Origin: an uncultured Candidatus Saccharibacteria bacterium
GTDB taxonomy: Bacteria > Patescibacteriota > Minisyncoccia > Phycocordibacterales > CAYRGE01
Assembly: GCA_964612415.1 (NCBI GenBank)
Contig: CAZTCT010000001.1
Coordinates: 71,955-135,954 of the forward strand
DNA length: 64,000 nucleotides
Reading direction: 5' to 3'
The translations under genes were made by a program, and so were the position numbers. Position 1 is the stretch's first letter; the number at the start of each line of letters is the position of its first letter. The notes below the pieces were generated by a model. It saw nothing but the letters and a program-made list of their open reading frames with translations. It did not search any database and was not told the origin of the DNA. This document shows, piece by piece, positions 19,124 to 27,820 of the stretch.

Positions 19124-20776
19124 TCACCCCCTCTTTAACCGCCTGCGGGAAGTAAATTGGGAGAGTACAACAAAAAGCGACAATAAAAGTACCCAGTCGC
19201 CGTACGTTTCATATATGGACATCTTTGAAATGAGCGCTACTTCTGGGTATATCGCCGCGCTTGTCTTCCCCTCCTGTCCGGAATAAAGTATTTTACCTGT
19301 ATTTGATATGACAAAAGACGAGCTATAGTTTGTCGCTCCCACCAAAAAACGATTTGACTCAGCTGCGCGTATTTGTGCGTGGTGGCGCTCAGTTATCTTT
19401 ATAAAATAAATTCCATGGAGGGATGCATGAGATGCTGAGTTAAAGAGCATTGTTGCGCCATCTTTCACAAGGCTTCTAAAGATGACTGGAGAAACTATTT
19501 CTGAACAAAAAGATCCGCCGATTTTTGTACCGTCAGATAGTGTTCCGATCTCGCGCCTTTCTCCTACGCGGTATCCTCGCCCATTCTCATAAGCAGTGAC
19601 CCATTTTGATCCTCCTGACATGCGTGTCAAAAATGAAACCCACGAAGGTATGTATTCTCCAAAAGGCATCAAAAGACTTTTTTCATAGACCGCGCGCGAG
19701 CTCCCTGAGCCATCAAGATAGGTTAATGTTGATTTTGCGATCCCTCCAAGAAGGGGTGTGCGGCCTGATGTTACGAGAGTAGTGCTTGCATTTTGTGTCC
19801 CTAAAATTTCTCCAACGCGTCCTCGCTCTCCAACCATGTTAAGCAAAAGCCCAAAACGATCATCTTCGGGCAAAATGACAAGGCCAGCGGGCGTATCATT
19901 CACTGTTCCTTTGTTTATTGTCAAAAGTAGTGCTGTGAGTGTTTCAAACTGACTAAGGGCGTCATCAAGATTTTCTGTTGCCTTGGCGTCAATGTGTGTT
20001 TGTGTAGTGGCGACGGAGATCGTTTTTTCCGGAACAGAGTTTTTGTAATGGGCGTTGATTAAAGTTCCAAGGAGTACAAAAAGAAAGAATACTCCCAAAA
20101 AAGAGAGCAATGTTCTTTTTAAAGAAGACACACCACCTGCAATAATCCTATATATACCAAGACCCAAAAAGATCGCGATAAAACTCAAAAGATATATACC
20201 ACCTACCGCTGCGAATGAGCGGAGAGTTTCACTTTCAGCAAGCGGATAGCCAATTGAGCCAAGGGTCCAGTGTGGACCTATCGGCGTGTCTCCTCCCCAC
20301 CAGATTAATGATATTGAGAGTGCGCTGACCCATTCTGAGATAACAATCAAAGATGGGAACAAGAAATAATCTTTCCACGTATGAGAGCGGAGCTTGTAAA
20401 AGATAATGCTTGCAATACCGATAATCCCGCCATAGACAAGAGATTCAAATACCCACAAAAGTCCTACAAGTGGATACGCAAGTAATGGGTTGGAAATACC
20501 CATCCAGTCAAGTGGCAACGCTCCCCATCCCCAGGCAAATGCGCCACCCATAACTACTGAGCCAAACGCAACACCTCCCCAAAAAGCATTCCTGCGCGAG
20601 CGTACCTTCGCAAGGAAATGAAAAAAAGGAATAATGCCAAAGAACACACACCACCAAAATATGTAAGTGTTCATCCCTATCGCAACAAGACCACCTCCAA
20701 TTAGTGGCAATGCGAGCGTGGGGTTTTCCCAAGAAAAAATCTCACGTATTTTTTCTGAGATATTATTGAGATTCAT
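19124..20776 (-). CDS. lnt: apolipoprotein N-acyltransferase-like (multi-TM + carbon-nitrogen hydrolase domain)
   Basis: Six to eight TM helices followed by a CN-hydrolase domain with the catalytic Cys in GGSFCSEI and LPE/K upstream. Start placed at the internal ATG (MNLNNISEK); the track ORF extends into rsmA. Confidence 0.7.
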   Translation of the reverse strand: MNLNNISEKIREIFSWENPTLALPLIGGGLVAIGMNTYIFWWCVFFGIIPFFHFLAKVRSRRNAFWGGVAFGSVVMGGAFAWGWGALPLDWMGISNPLLAYPLVGLLWVFESLVYGGIIGIASIIFYKLRSHTWKDYFLFPSLIVISEWVSALSISLIWWGGDTPIGPHWTLGSIGYPLAESETLRSFAAVGGIYLLSFIAIFLGLGIYRIIAGGVSSLKRTLLSFLGVFFLFVLLGTLINAHYKNSVPEKTISVATTQTHIDAKATENLDDALSQFETLTALLLTINKGTVNDTPAGLVILPEDDRFGLLLNMVGERGRVGEILGTQNASTTLVTSGRTPLLGGIAKSTLTYLDGSGSSRAVYEKSLLMPFGEYIPSWVSFLTRMSGGSKWVTAYENGRGYRVGERREIGTLSDGTKIGGSFCSEIVSPVIFRSLVKDGATMLFNSASHASLHGIYFIKITERHHAQIRAAESNRFLVGATNYSSSFVISNTGKILYSGQEGKTSAAIYPEVALISKMSIYETYGDWVLLLSLFVVLSQFTSRRRLKRG

Positions 20777-21551
20777 GGAGTTTTTTAAGGAGACATTTCC
20801 AGTCTGAAAGCGTAATATCTTCCGCGCGCACACTTTCTGGAATATTGCATTCACGCAATGTATCCGTCGACACGGCATAATCTTTTTTCAAATTGCCCAA
20901 CAAAGTTTTTCGTTTATGCGAAAACCCTTTTTTCATAAGAGAGAAAAATTCTTCATGTTCTTTTGCAGAAGAAAAGCCTGATCTTATTCCTTCAATCGCG
21001 ATAATCGCAGAATCTATTTTTGGTTGTGGGGAGAAAAATCGCGCTGGAACTTTCTTTATATACCGCGGAGTGCCATACGCCTTAACGGATATTGATAGAA
21101 TGCTCTCTTTCCCATCTCTTGCAACGATACGGTCCGCCACTTCTTTCTGGACCATGAGAACGAGTGCGCGAGGAGGAGTTTCATTCTCAAGAAAGTGTCG
21201 GAGAAGTGCCCCAGTTATGTAATAAGGAATATTTGCGATTACCACATATTGCAATGCTGAAAGGCCAAGACTTTTTGGATTTATATGGAGCACATCACCA
21301 TGTACCACCTGAAATTTACCCTGAGCAATTTCACCAGAGAACTGCTCTTCAAGTTCTGGAATAAGGCGATCATCTTTTTCGATTGCTATAGTCTGCGCAG
21401 GAAGTGCGAGGAGCTCTTTTGTGAGCATCCCCTTTCCTGGGCCGACCTCAAGGATGCGATCACTTTTTGAAACAGGTACCGCCGTCGCGATTTCCTTTGC
21501 GATCGCGTGCGATTTTAAGAAATTTTGGCCAAGAGATTTTTTTGCGCGCAT
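20763..21551 (-). CDS. rsmA: 16S rRNA (adenine1518/1519-N6)-dimethyltransferase
   Basis: 262 aa, SLGQNFLKSHAIAKEI, SAM motif ILEVGPGKGMLT, NIPY motif. Confidence 0.9.
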   Translation of the reverse strand: MRAKKSLGQNFLKSHAIAKEIATAVPVSKSDRILEVGPGKGMLTKELLALPAQTIAIEKDDRLIPELEEQFSGEIAQGKFQVVHGDVLHINPKSLGLSALQYVVIANIPYYITGALLRHFLENETPPRALVLMVQKEVADRIVARDGKESILSISVKAYGTPRYIKKVPARFFSPQPKIDSAIIAIEGIRSGFSSAKEHEEFFSLMKKGFSHKRKTLLGNLKKDYAVSTDTLRECNIPESVRAEDITLSDWKCLLKKLHESQ

Positions 21552-21556
21552 AGTAA

Positions 21557-23491
21557 TTAATCGAGATATATAGTAGCAAGAAGTCCCCCCTTGTCACTCG
21601 GGTCTTTCTCAATGATGCTCTGGTCAATATCAGAGAGAAATTCTGAAGGGGTAGCAACAAGACGGGCGCCGAATATGGTACGTACTGCTGCATGGGTAAG
21701 GTAGAGCTTTTCTTTTGCGCGGGTTATCGCGACATAGAAAAGCCGGCGCTCCTCTTCTTGCTCGTCCGTTCCCCGCTTTTGTCCCTGCATTTCATAAGGG
21801 AAAAGCCCTTGCTCGAGTCCAGTAATAAAAACATGGCGGAACTCCAAACCCTTGGCTGCGTGCACTGTCATCAAGCGGACTGCCTGAACCTTCTCATTCA
21901 TCTCGTCTTGGTCTGTTGCAAGTGCGATGTCAGCAAGAAAGTCCTCAACGGCACGCTCGGGGGATGAGCCATCGTACTTTGTCGCAAGAGATACAAGCTC
22001 GCGCATGTTCTCCAGTCTCTCGCGGTCGTCTTCCGATCCCGCGCGAAGAGCAGTCTCAAGTCCAGATCTTGAGATGATGAACTTAATAGTTTCTGACAGC
22101 GAATCAGCCGTGGATTTTTTCTGTATTTCGGAGAGGAGGGTGTAGAAATCATCCACCCGCGTCTTTGTGGCGCCGGTAAGTGACGCTCGCCCCCCAGAGA
22201 ATATTTTTGCGATTGTTACTTTACCAATGCCGCGAGGAGGTACGTTGATCACTCTTTTTAAGTCGGCGAGACTGTCAGGATTTTGGGCAGCACGGAGGAA
22301 TGAGACTACATCTTTAATTTCCCTGCGCTCAAAAAATCTTGTTCCAAGTACTTGATAAGGAATTTTTCGTGAGAGAAATGCCTCTTCAAGTGCACGAGAT
22401 TGGAAGTTTGCACGGTAAAGCACCGCAATTTCCCCTGCGGGGACGCCACTTTCAATAAGTCTTGCTGAAGTATTTGCAACATACCGCGCCTCATCACCCT
22501 CATCGTAACTTTCATATGCGGTAATCAGCGCCCCAGGATGATTCTTTGTGAAAAGATTTTTCTCTTTTCGGATAGTATTTTTCTTAATGACGGCATTTGC
22601 CGCGGCAAGGATGTTTTGGGTCGAACGGTAATTCTCTTCTAGAAGGACGACCTTTGCATCTGGATAATCTTTTTCAAAATTTAAAATATTTTTCACATTT
22701 GCCCCGCGCCATCCGTATATTGTCTGGTCAGCGTCTCCCACCACGCATATGTTTTTTTCTGGCCCAGTAAGCATCCGTACAAATTCGTACTGCACGGTAT
22801 TTGTGTCCTGGTACTCATCTATATGTATATATTGGAAGCGCTTTTGGTAGAGCGTGCGGATGTCTTGGTGCTCTTGCAAAAGAATTGTTGGTTTCAAAAG
22901 CAAGTCATCAAAATCAAGCGTCTTGTTCTTTCGCAGGAGCGCCTCGTACTTTCGCCATATTGGTAAGAGCAAAGAGAGAAATTCTCCACGCACCTCGCTT
23001 GGGTTGATGCTGTCTACAGACACAAGCTCTCCCTTGTATCGAGAGATTGCGTTTTGGAATCCTCTTGGCTCATGTTCCTTTGGATCAAGACCTTGCTCGC
23101 GGAGGGCCTCTTTAATAAGGGAGATGCCATCTTGTCTGTCCGCAATAGAGAATCTTCTTGGTACACCAACCGCCTCCCCATGCTCTCGGAGGATATGTAC
23201 ACCAAGGTTGTGGAATGTGCCAATAAAAGGCCATCCATCCTGCCAAGGACGGTCCCCCTCAAGGATTGCGCCTACCCGCTCCTTCATTTCCTGGGCTGCC
23301 TTGTTGGTGAAGGTGACGGCGAGTATCCGCTCTGGCGCCACACCGCTCTCTATAATATGAGCAATGCGGTGAGTAAGAGTCTTAGTTTTCCCTGCCCCCG
23401 CTCCGGCGACGATAAGAAGAGGGCCTTTTATGCAATTTACAGCTTCATTTTGAGCAGGATTGAGTGGAGAAGGAGTTCCCATTGGCAACAA
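21557..23491 (-). CDS. pcrA: UvrD/PcrA-family ATP-dependent DNA helicase
   Basis: 644 aa, Walker A AGAGAGKTKTL, DEYQDTN motif, VGDADQTIY, and the other SF1 motifs are present. Confidence 0.9.
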   Translation of the reverse strand: MLPMGTPSPLNPAQNEAVNCIKGPLLIVAGAGAGKTKTLTHRIAHIIESGVAPERILAVTFTNKAAQEMKERVGAILEGDRPWQDGWPFIGTFHNLGVHILREHGEAVGVPRRFSIADRQDGISLIKEALREQGLDPKEHEPRGFQNAISRYKGELVSVDSINPSEVRGEFLSLLLPIWRKYEALLRKNKTLDFDDLLLKPTILLQEHQDIRTLYQKRFQYIHIDEYQDTNTVQYEFVRMLTGPEKNICVVGDADQTIYGWRGANVKNILNFEKDYPDAKVVLLEENYRSTQNILAAANAVIKKNTIRKEKNLFTKNHPGALITAYESYDEGDEARYVANTSARLIESGVPAGEIAVLYRANFQSRALEEAFLSRKIPYQVLGTRFFERREIKDVVSFLRAAQNPDSLADLKRVINVPPRGIGKVTIAKIFSGGRASLTGATKTRVDDFYTLLSEIQKKSTADSLSETIKFIISRSGLETALRAGSEDDRERLENMRELVSLATKYDGSSPERAVEDFLADIALATDQDEMNEKVQAVRLMTVHAAKGLEFRHVFITGLEQGLFPYEMQGQKRGTDEQEEERRLFYVAITRAKEKLYLTHAAVRTIFGARLVATPSEFLSDIDQSIIEKDPSDKGGLLATIYLD

Positions 23492-23585
23492 CTATACCAC
23501 GACCGCTCAAAAAATCAGGAAAAACCCTTTACAAAATATTCAATTTGTTTCCTTATTTTATATCCACATGAGCGTCTTTGATTCG

Positions 23586-23614
23586 TTGACCAGAGACCCC
23601 TTCCGAGGTATGAT
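23586..23614 (+). promoter_or_regulatory. sigma-70-like promoter (TTGACC-17-TATGAT) ahead of a ~215-nt leader of the M23 peptidase gene
   Basis: TTGACC at 23586..23591, a 17-nt spacer, TATGAT at 23609..23614. Confidence 0.4.
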
Positions 23615-23833
23615 TTCCCCTAGGTGTGCCAACAAAGGCTATCTGTCAGAGGTTGAGCCGAGGCACCCGTAAGTGCGCATGGGCAAATTGTTGTAACGAC
23701 TGGAAATTCTTGATTTTTCGCCCTCTTTTGGCTTATAAGTACCGAAAATAAGGACCCCGGCCTTTTCTCATATTCGTCATCTCGCCGGGCGAAAAAGGGT
23801 GTTTTTTACAGGCTTTTTGCTATAAAGCCGCTT

Positions 23834-24874
23834 TTGTTTTTCGGAACACTTTTCATGCTTGTGCCGGTATCTAGTGCTAATGCTGGCTTTTTTACTTTCC
23901 TTGGGAGCATCTTTTTGGGCAATTCAACCAGCGCAGAGGAGAAGAGGATCAACTCTCAGAACATGGCGCTTCTTCAGGCGGCTGCCAACCCTGACCCCCA
24001 TGCTGCACAAGGGGGTGGTGACATTACTATCGTAAGTGACAGTGCCCTTCTCCCTGTTTCAGGCCCGGAAGGAACCCTTGCTGATATCGGGGATACACAA
24101 GGGGTGAAGGTGAAGAATGACCAGATCAGTGTCTATATTGTTCGCTCAAACGATACACTCTCGGATATTGCTAAGATGTTCGGGGTAACCGTCAATACGA
24201 TCCGTTGGGCAAACGATATAGGGACAAATGATGTCATCCGCGAGGGACAAACCCTAGTTATCCTTCCTGTGTCAGGTATTCGTCATACCGTAAAGTCAGG
24301 AGACACTCTTGCAAGTATTGCTTCTGCGTACAAGGCAGATAAGCAAGATATTATGGAGTTCAATGGGATTGAAGCCGGCGACTCTCTTACTGTAGGACAG
24401 GTTGTTGTTGTTCCCGACGGGCAGATGGCAATAAGCGTAACGCCAAAGTCTACCTCCTCATCAAGCAGCCAGTCATCAAGCACGGTACGCATCACTACTC
24501 CTTCATACGGTGACTATTACGCATACCCACTTCCTTCTGGAGCAGGAGTCGTGTCACAGGGATTGCACGGATATAACGCAGTTGACCTTGCTGCACCTCG
24601 CGGTACACCGGTCACTGCATCAGCGGGAGGAGAAGTGGTGGTTGCCAAATTTGCAGAAGGAGACCCATGGTTTGGCGGATACGGAAACTATATCGTCATC
24701 CAGCATGATAATGGTACGCAGACACTTTATGCTCACCTCTCTGGCGAGATCGTCAGCCGCGGGTGGAGTGTGGTGAAAGGACAGGTTATCGGATATGTAG
24801 GCGCGACAGGGCGTGCCACAGGAAGTCACCTTCACTTTGAAGTTCGTGGGGCCAAAAACCCATTTGGTATATAA
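23834..24874 (+). CDS. LysM-domain M23 family peptidoglycan endopeptidase
   Basis: LysM (YIVRSNDTLSDIAKMFGVTVNTIRWAN and a second LysM), then the M23 motif HDNGTQTLYAHLS...GATGRATGSHLHFEV. The track start at 23834 is a TTG; the first ATG is at 23855, so the start is uncertain. Confidence 0.85.
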   Translation: MFFGTLFMLVPVSSANAGFFTFLGSIFLGNSTSAEEKRINSQNMALLQAAANPDPHAAQGGGDITIVSDSALLPVSGPEGTLADIGDTQGVKVKNDQISVYIVRSNDTLSDIAKMFGVTVNTIRWANDIGTNDVIREGQTLVILPVSGIRHTVKSGDTLASIASAYKADKQDIMEFNGIEAGDSLTVGQVVVVPDGQMAISVTPKSTSSSSSQSSSTVRITTPSYGDYYAYPLPSGAGVVSQGLHGYNAVDLAAPRGTPVTASAGGEVVVAKFAEGDPWFGGYGNYIVIQHDNGTQTLYAHLSGEIVSRGWSVVKGQVIGYVGATGRATGSHLHFEVRGAKNPFGI

Positions 24875-24897
24875 ATCTCAAATGTACGAGGGAGGAA

Positions 24898-24933
24898 GAA
24901 AAACGGCTCAACCGATCGGTTGAGCCGTTTTTT
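24898..24933. terminator. bidirectional intrinsic terminator, 34-nt perfect palindrome AAAAACGGCTCAACCGA|TCGGTTGAGCCGTTTTT
   Basis: Lies between the convergent M23 gene and comM. The identical hairpin recurs at 35778..35811. Confidence 0.7.
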
Positions 24934-26461
24934 AGCTTGAAAAGAGGTGTTGTGGGCGGTACTGGAGAGCTTCTAAAATATGCTCCTGCGCGATTTCCTC
25001 TGAGCCATCAAGGTCTGCAATAGTGCGAGCAACTTTTATAATTCGGTGGTAGGCGCGTGGAGAAAGCCCCATCTTTTCTGCAGAGGATACGAGAATATTC
25101 TTTGCATCTGAAGATAGAGACGCCAAGGCATCTATCTCCCTTGGCTTCATTTGCGCATTTCGCGTTGTGCCATTCGCAAATCTTTTTTCTTGTATTGCTC
25201 GTGCTGACAGAACGCGGTCGCGTACCGCGGCGCTGCCTTCTCCGTCTGGGGCACGAGAAAGTTTTTCGTGTGGAATTGAGGGTACGTGAACCCAGATATC
25301 AATACGGTCCACAATCGGCCCCGAGATTTTACGCTGGTATTTTAATAATGTTCCTTGCGGGCACACACATGTCTTATTTGTTCCATAGTTCCCACATGGG
25401 CAGGGATTGAGTGCGGCGATGAGGGTGAAGCGAGAGGGGAAAATATCCGTTCCTTTTGAACGCGAGATGCTTACGGAGCCATCTTCAAGAGGTTGACGAA
25501 GTGATTCAATGACGCGACGGTCAAACTCTGGAAATTCATCAAGAAACAGGACACCAAAATGAGCCAAGGTAACTTCTCCTGGTTTTGGATGAGTGCCTCC
25601 TCCAATAATTGATACGTACGATGAAGTATGGTGTGGGGCGCGGAAAGGAGGATGCCGCACAATAAACTTTTTTAAAATTCCTGCCTGTGAATGTATGCCA
25701 GTGACTTCAAGTGATTCTTCCATAGAAAGAGGAGGAAGAATCCCAGACAACGCTTTTGCAAGCATTGTCTTACCTGTTCCTGGCGGGCCGTAGAGCGCGA
25801 CGTTGTGCCCTCCTGCAGCTGCAATCTCGAGTGCGCGTTTGGCAGTTTCTTGTCCTCGTATTTCTTTTAAATCAAAATCTGGTGTTTCAAAAGCATCATC
25901 TGTTAATGTTGGCGTAGCTTCTCTTGGAAGAGAAAAAGATGATTGAGAAGAAAGATGATCAATGAGTTCGTTGAGGGTTTTCACTCCGAATACACTCAAC
26001 CCGTCTATGAGCGCTGCTTCTGGCGCGTTTTCTTTTGGCACATATATTTCTTTAAATCCCTTCTCTTTTGCTTTTTGCGCAAACAAAAGAACCCCGAGCG
26101 CAGGGCGCAGTGTCCCATCAAGGGCGAGCTCTCCTAAAAATATTTTGTCATCCAAAGTCGCGGCGAGAATTCCCTGGGCCTTCAGATACCCAAGAGCAAT
26201 CGGGAGGTCAAAGAGTGCGCCTTCCTTTTTAATATTTGCTGGGGCCAAAGACACAACCACTTTTTGGTTACTGTGTTTGGGAGATTTAAATCCAGAATTT
26301 TTTATTGCAGAACCAACGCGATCGCGCGCCTCTTCAACTGCTTTATCTGGGAGCCCCACCACTATAAAAGAATGTAGACCTCCAGAGAGGTCTACTTCAA
26401 CAGAAACTATGTGTGGTGTAAGCCCGCTTACCTGTGCTGAATGGACGCGAGCGAAAGCCAT
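24932..26461 (-). CDS. comM: ComM/YifB-family Mg-chelatase-like AAA+ protein
   Basis: 509 aa, N-terminal Lon-like domain, Walker A GPPGTGKTMLAK, Walker B FLDEFPEF, C-terminal MgChelatase C domain. Confidence 0.85.
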   Translation of the reverse strand: MAFARVHSAQVSGLTPHIVSVEVDLSGGLHSFIVVGLPDKAVEEARDRVGSAIKNSGFKSPKHSNQKVVVSLAPANIKKEGALFDLPIALGYLKAQGILAATLDDKIFLGELALDGTLRPALGVLLFAQKAKEKGFKEIYVPKENAPEAALIDGLSVFGVKTLNELIDHLSSQSSFSLPREATPTLTDDAFETPDFDLKEIRGQETAKRALEIAAAGGHNVALYGPPGTGKTMLAKALSGILPPLSMEESLEVTGIHSQAGILKKFIVRHPPFRAPHHTSSYVSIIGGGTHPKPGEVTLAHFGVLFLDEFPEFDRRVIESLRQPLEDGSVSISRSKGTDIFPSRFTLIAALNPCPCGNYGTNKTCVCPQGTLLKYQRKISGPIVDRIDIWVHVPSIPHEKLSRAPDGEGSAAVRDRVLSARAIQEKRFANGTTRNAQMKPREIDALASLSSDAKNILVSSAEKMGLSPRAYHRIIKVARTIADLDGSEEIAQEHILEALQYRPQHLFSS

Positions 26462-26462
26462 C

Positions 26463-26879
26463 CTACTCGTTGATATGTGCTTTACAAGTATCAGCGGCAG
26501 GGTTTGCTTCTAGACGATCTTCCTCAATCTGACCTCCACATACTTTGCAGGTGCCATAGGTGCCTGCGTCCATGCGTGCGAGTGCCTCTTCGATATCCTT
26601 GTGACGGTTCTCTATCTCTACTTCGACGGCCGAGCGTTCCTCAAAGTCGGTGATAGTGTCTGCTCGTTCATTCTCGTCCGCTTGAAGGACGTTCATGTCT
26701 TCGGGAGTTGGCTCCCAATCAGCAGGGTTTTCAGGATTGACGCGACCAAGCCCTTTGAGCTCTTCCTCAAGGCGGGCCTTTTCTGCAAGAAGCTTATCTT
26801 TAAATTTTTGTGTATCTGTCATGCGGGTATGATAGCAAATACTTTCGTAAATCGGCAAGCTATATCTCAAATACCTCAC
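26463..26879 (-). CDS. DksA/TraR-family C4 zinc-finger protein
   Basis: 138 aa, coiled-coil N-terminus and C-terminal CKVCGGQIEEDRL...CKAH zinc finger. Confidence 0.7.
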   Translation of the reverse strand: MRYLRYSLPIYESICYHTRMTDTQKFKDKLLAEKARLEEELKGLGRVNPENPADWEPTPEDMNVLQADENERADTITDFEERSAVEVEIENRHKDIEEALARMDAGTYGTCKVCGGQIEEDRLEANPAADTCKAHINE

Positions 26880-27810
26880 GGACCTTCTTGAGTGTGCTCT
26901 CGTCTCCGACGATGATGACTTTGCCGTTTATAGGGAATGTATAGAGAAGTCCACCGCTTTGTGCGCGTACACTTATATCACCCACTTTTTTATCAACAAA
27001 AGGAGTAGTGAGTATCGGTGTCCCAGTAAGTGATGAAAAGTCTACAGGAAGCTGTTTCTCCCAAGAAAGCATGCCTGCGATTGCGCTGTCGTTTCGCGAA
27101 ACAGCAAACACGAGAAACGGAGTGTCTCCTGACAATCCGTATGCTCCAAGAGAGAATTCTCCTCCAATTACACGAGAGAGTGTCTGAGGCATGTGCTGTG
27201 CCCACAAAGAGAAGAACTCGGGTGCTTTGATCCGTGAATCACCTGAAACAATCACCACTTCACGCAAGATTCCCGCGGGAGTATCGCCACTTAGGTTTTC
27301 TTTGATAAGAGAGAGTCCATTGCCATCTGCGATATCAATGACGGTCTTGTTTTGATTTGAAATTGGCGATGAGACAAGGAGTGACTCAGGGGTTGTGGTC
27401 GGTGTATCAAAAGACGGTGCAATCTGGCGCTCCTCTAGTCCTACAAGAATGCGTCCTGGTGTTGTCCAAAAAAGAAATCCGCTTATTCCTGCAAGAACAA
27501 GAATCGTGCCAAGTACCACAAGAGTACCTTTTTTTGATTCGGGCTCATCTTTACCTATTGTGAGTCCTTCTTGTGATTGTGCCCGTTCCTGTCGTGCCAG
27601 TGCGATAGACACTGCAGATTGCTTGTTCTCTCGGATGTTTGATGCGATATCGTTTTGCAATGTCTTGAGACTTGGGACCGCAGGTGGCGGTGGCGCCTCT
27701 TTTTTTGGAGCTTCTTGTTTGGGGGCTGCCTTTGCAGGGACGCTGTGTTCCCTTTCCCACTTTGCCCGCTCCCACGCAAGTTCGTCTTGTGTGTTGGAAG
27801 GTTTGTCCAT
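26860..27810 (-). CDS. hypothetical single-pass membrane protein
   Basis: 316 aa, charged N-terminal region, one TM (LVVLGTILVLAGISGFLFW), extracytoplasmic C-terminal domain. Confidence 0.55.
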   Translation of the reverse strand: MDKPSNTQDELAWERAKWEREHSVPAKAAPKQEAPKKEAPPPPAVPSLKTLQNDIASNIRENKQSAVSIALARQERAQSQEGLTIGKDEPESKKGTLVVLGTILVLAGISGFLFWTTPGRILVGLEERQIAPSFDTPTTTPESLLVSSPISNQNKTVIDIADGNGLSLIKENLSGDTPAGILREVVIVSGDSRIKAPEFFSLWAQHMPQTLSRVIGGEFSLGAYGLSGDTPFLVFAVSRNDSAIAGMLSWEKQLPVDFSSLTGTPILTTPFVDKKVGDISVRAQSGGLLYTFPINGKVIIVGDESTLKKVREVFEI

Positions 27811-27820
27811 ATTGGAATTT

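Noticed and set aside
23492-23833. Possibility that the pcrA/M23 divergent spacer encodes a known housekeeping ncRNA (SRP/4.5S, 6S, tmRNA, RNase P RNA)
   Set aside because: The conserved SRP domain-IV motifs (GGAAG…AGCAGC), tmRNA ends and RNase P P4 elements are not recognisable by eye. It is retained only as a candidate cis-regulatory leader.
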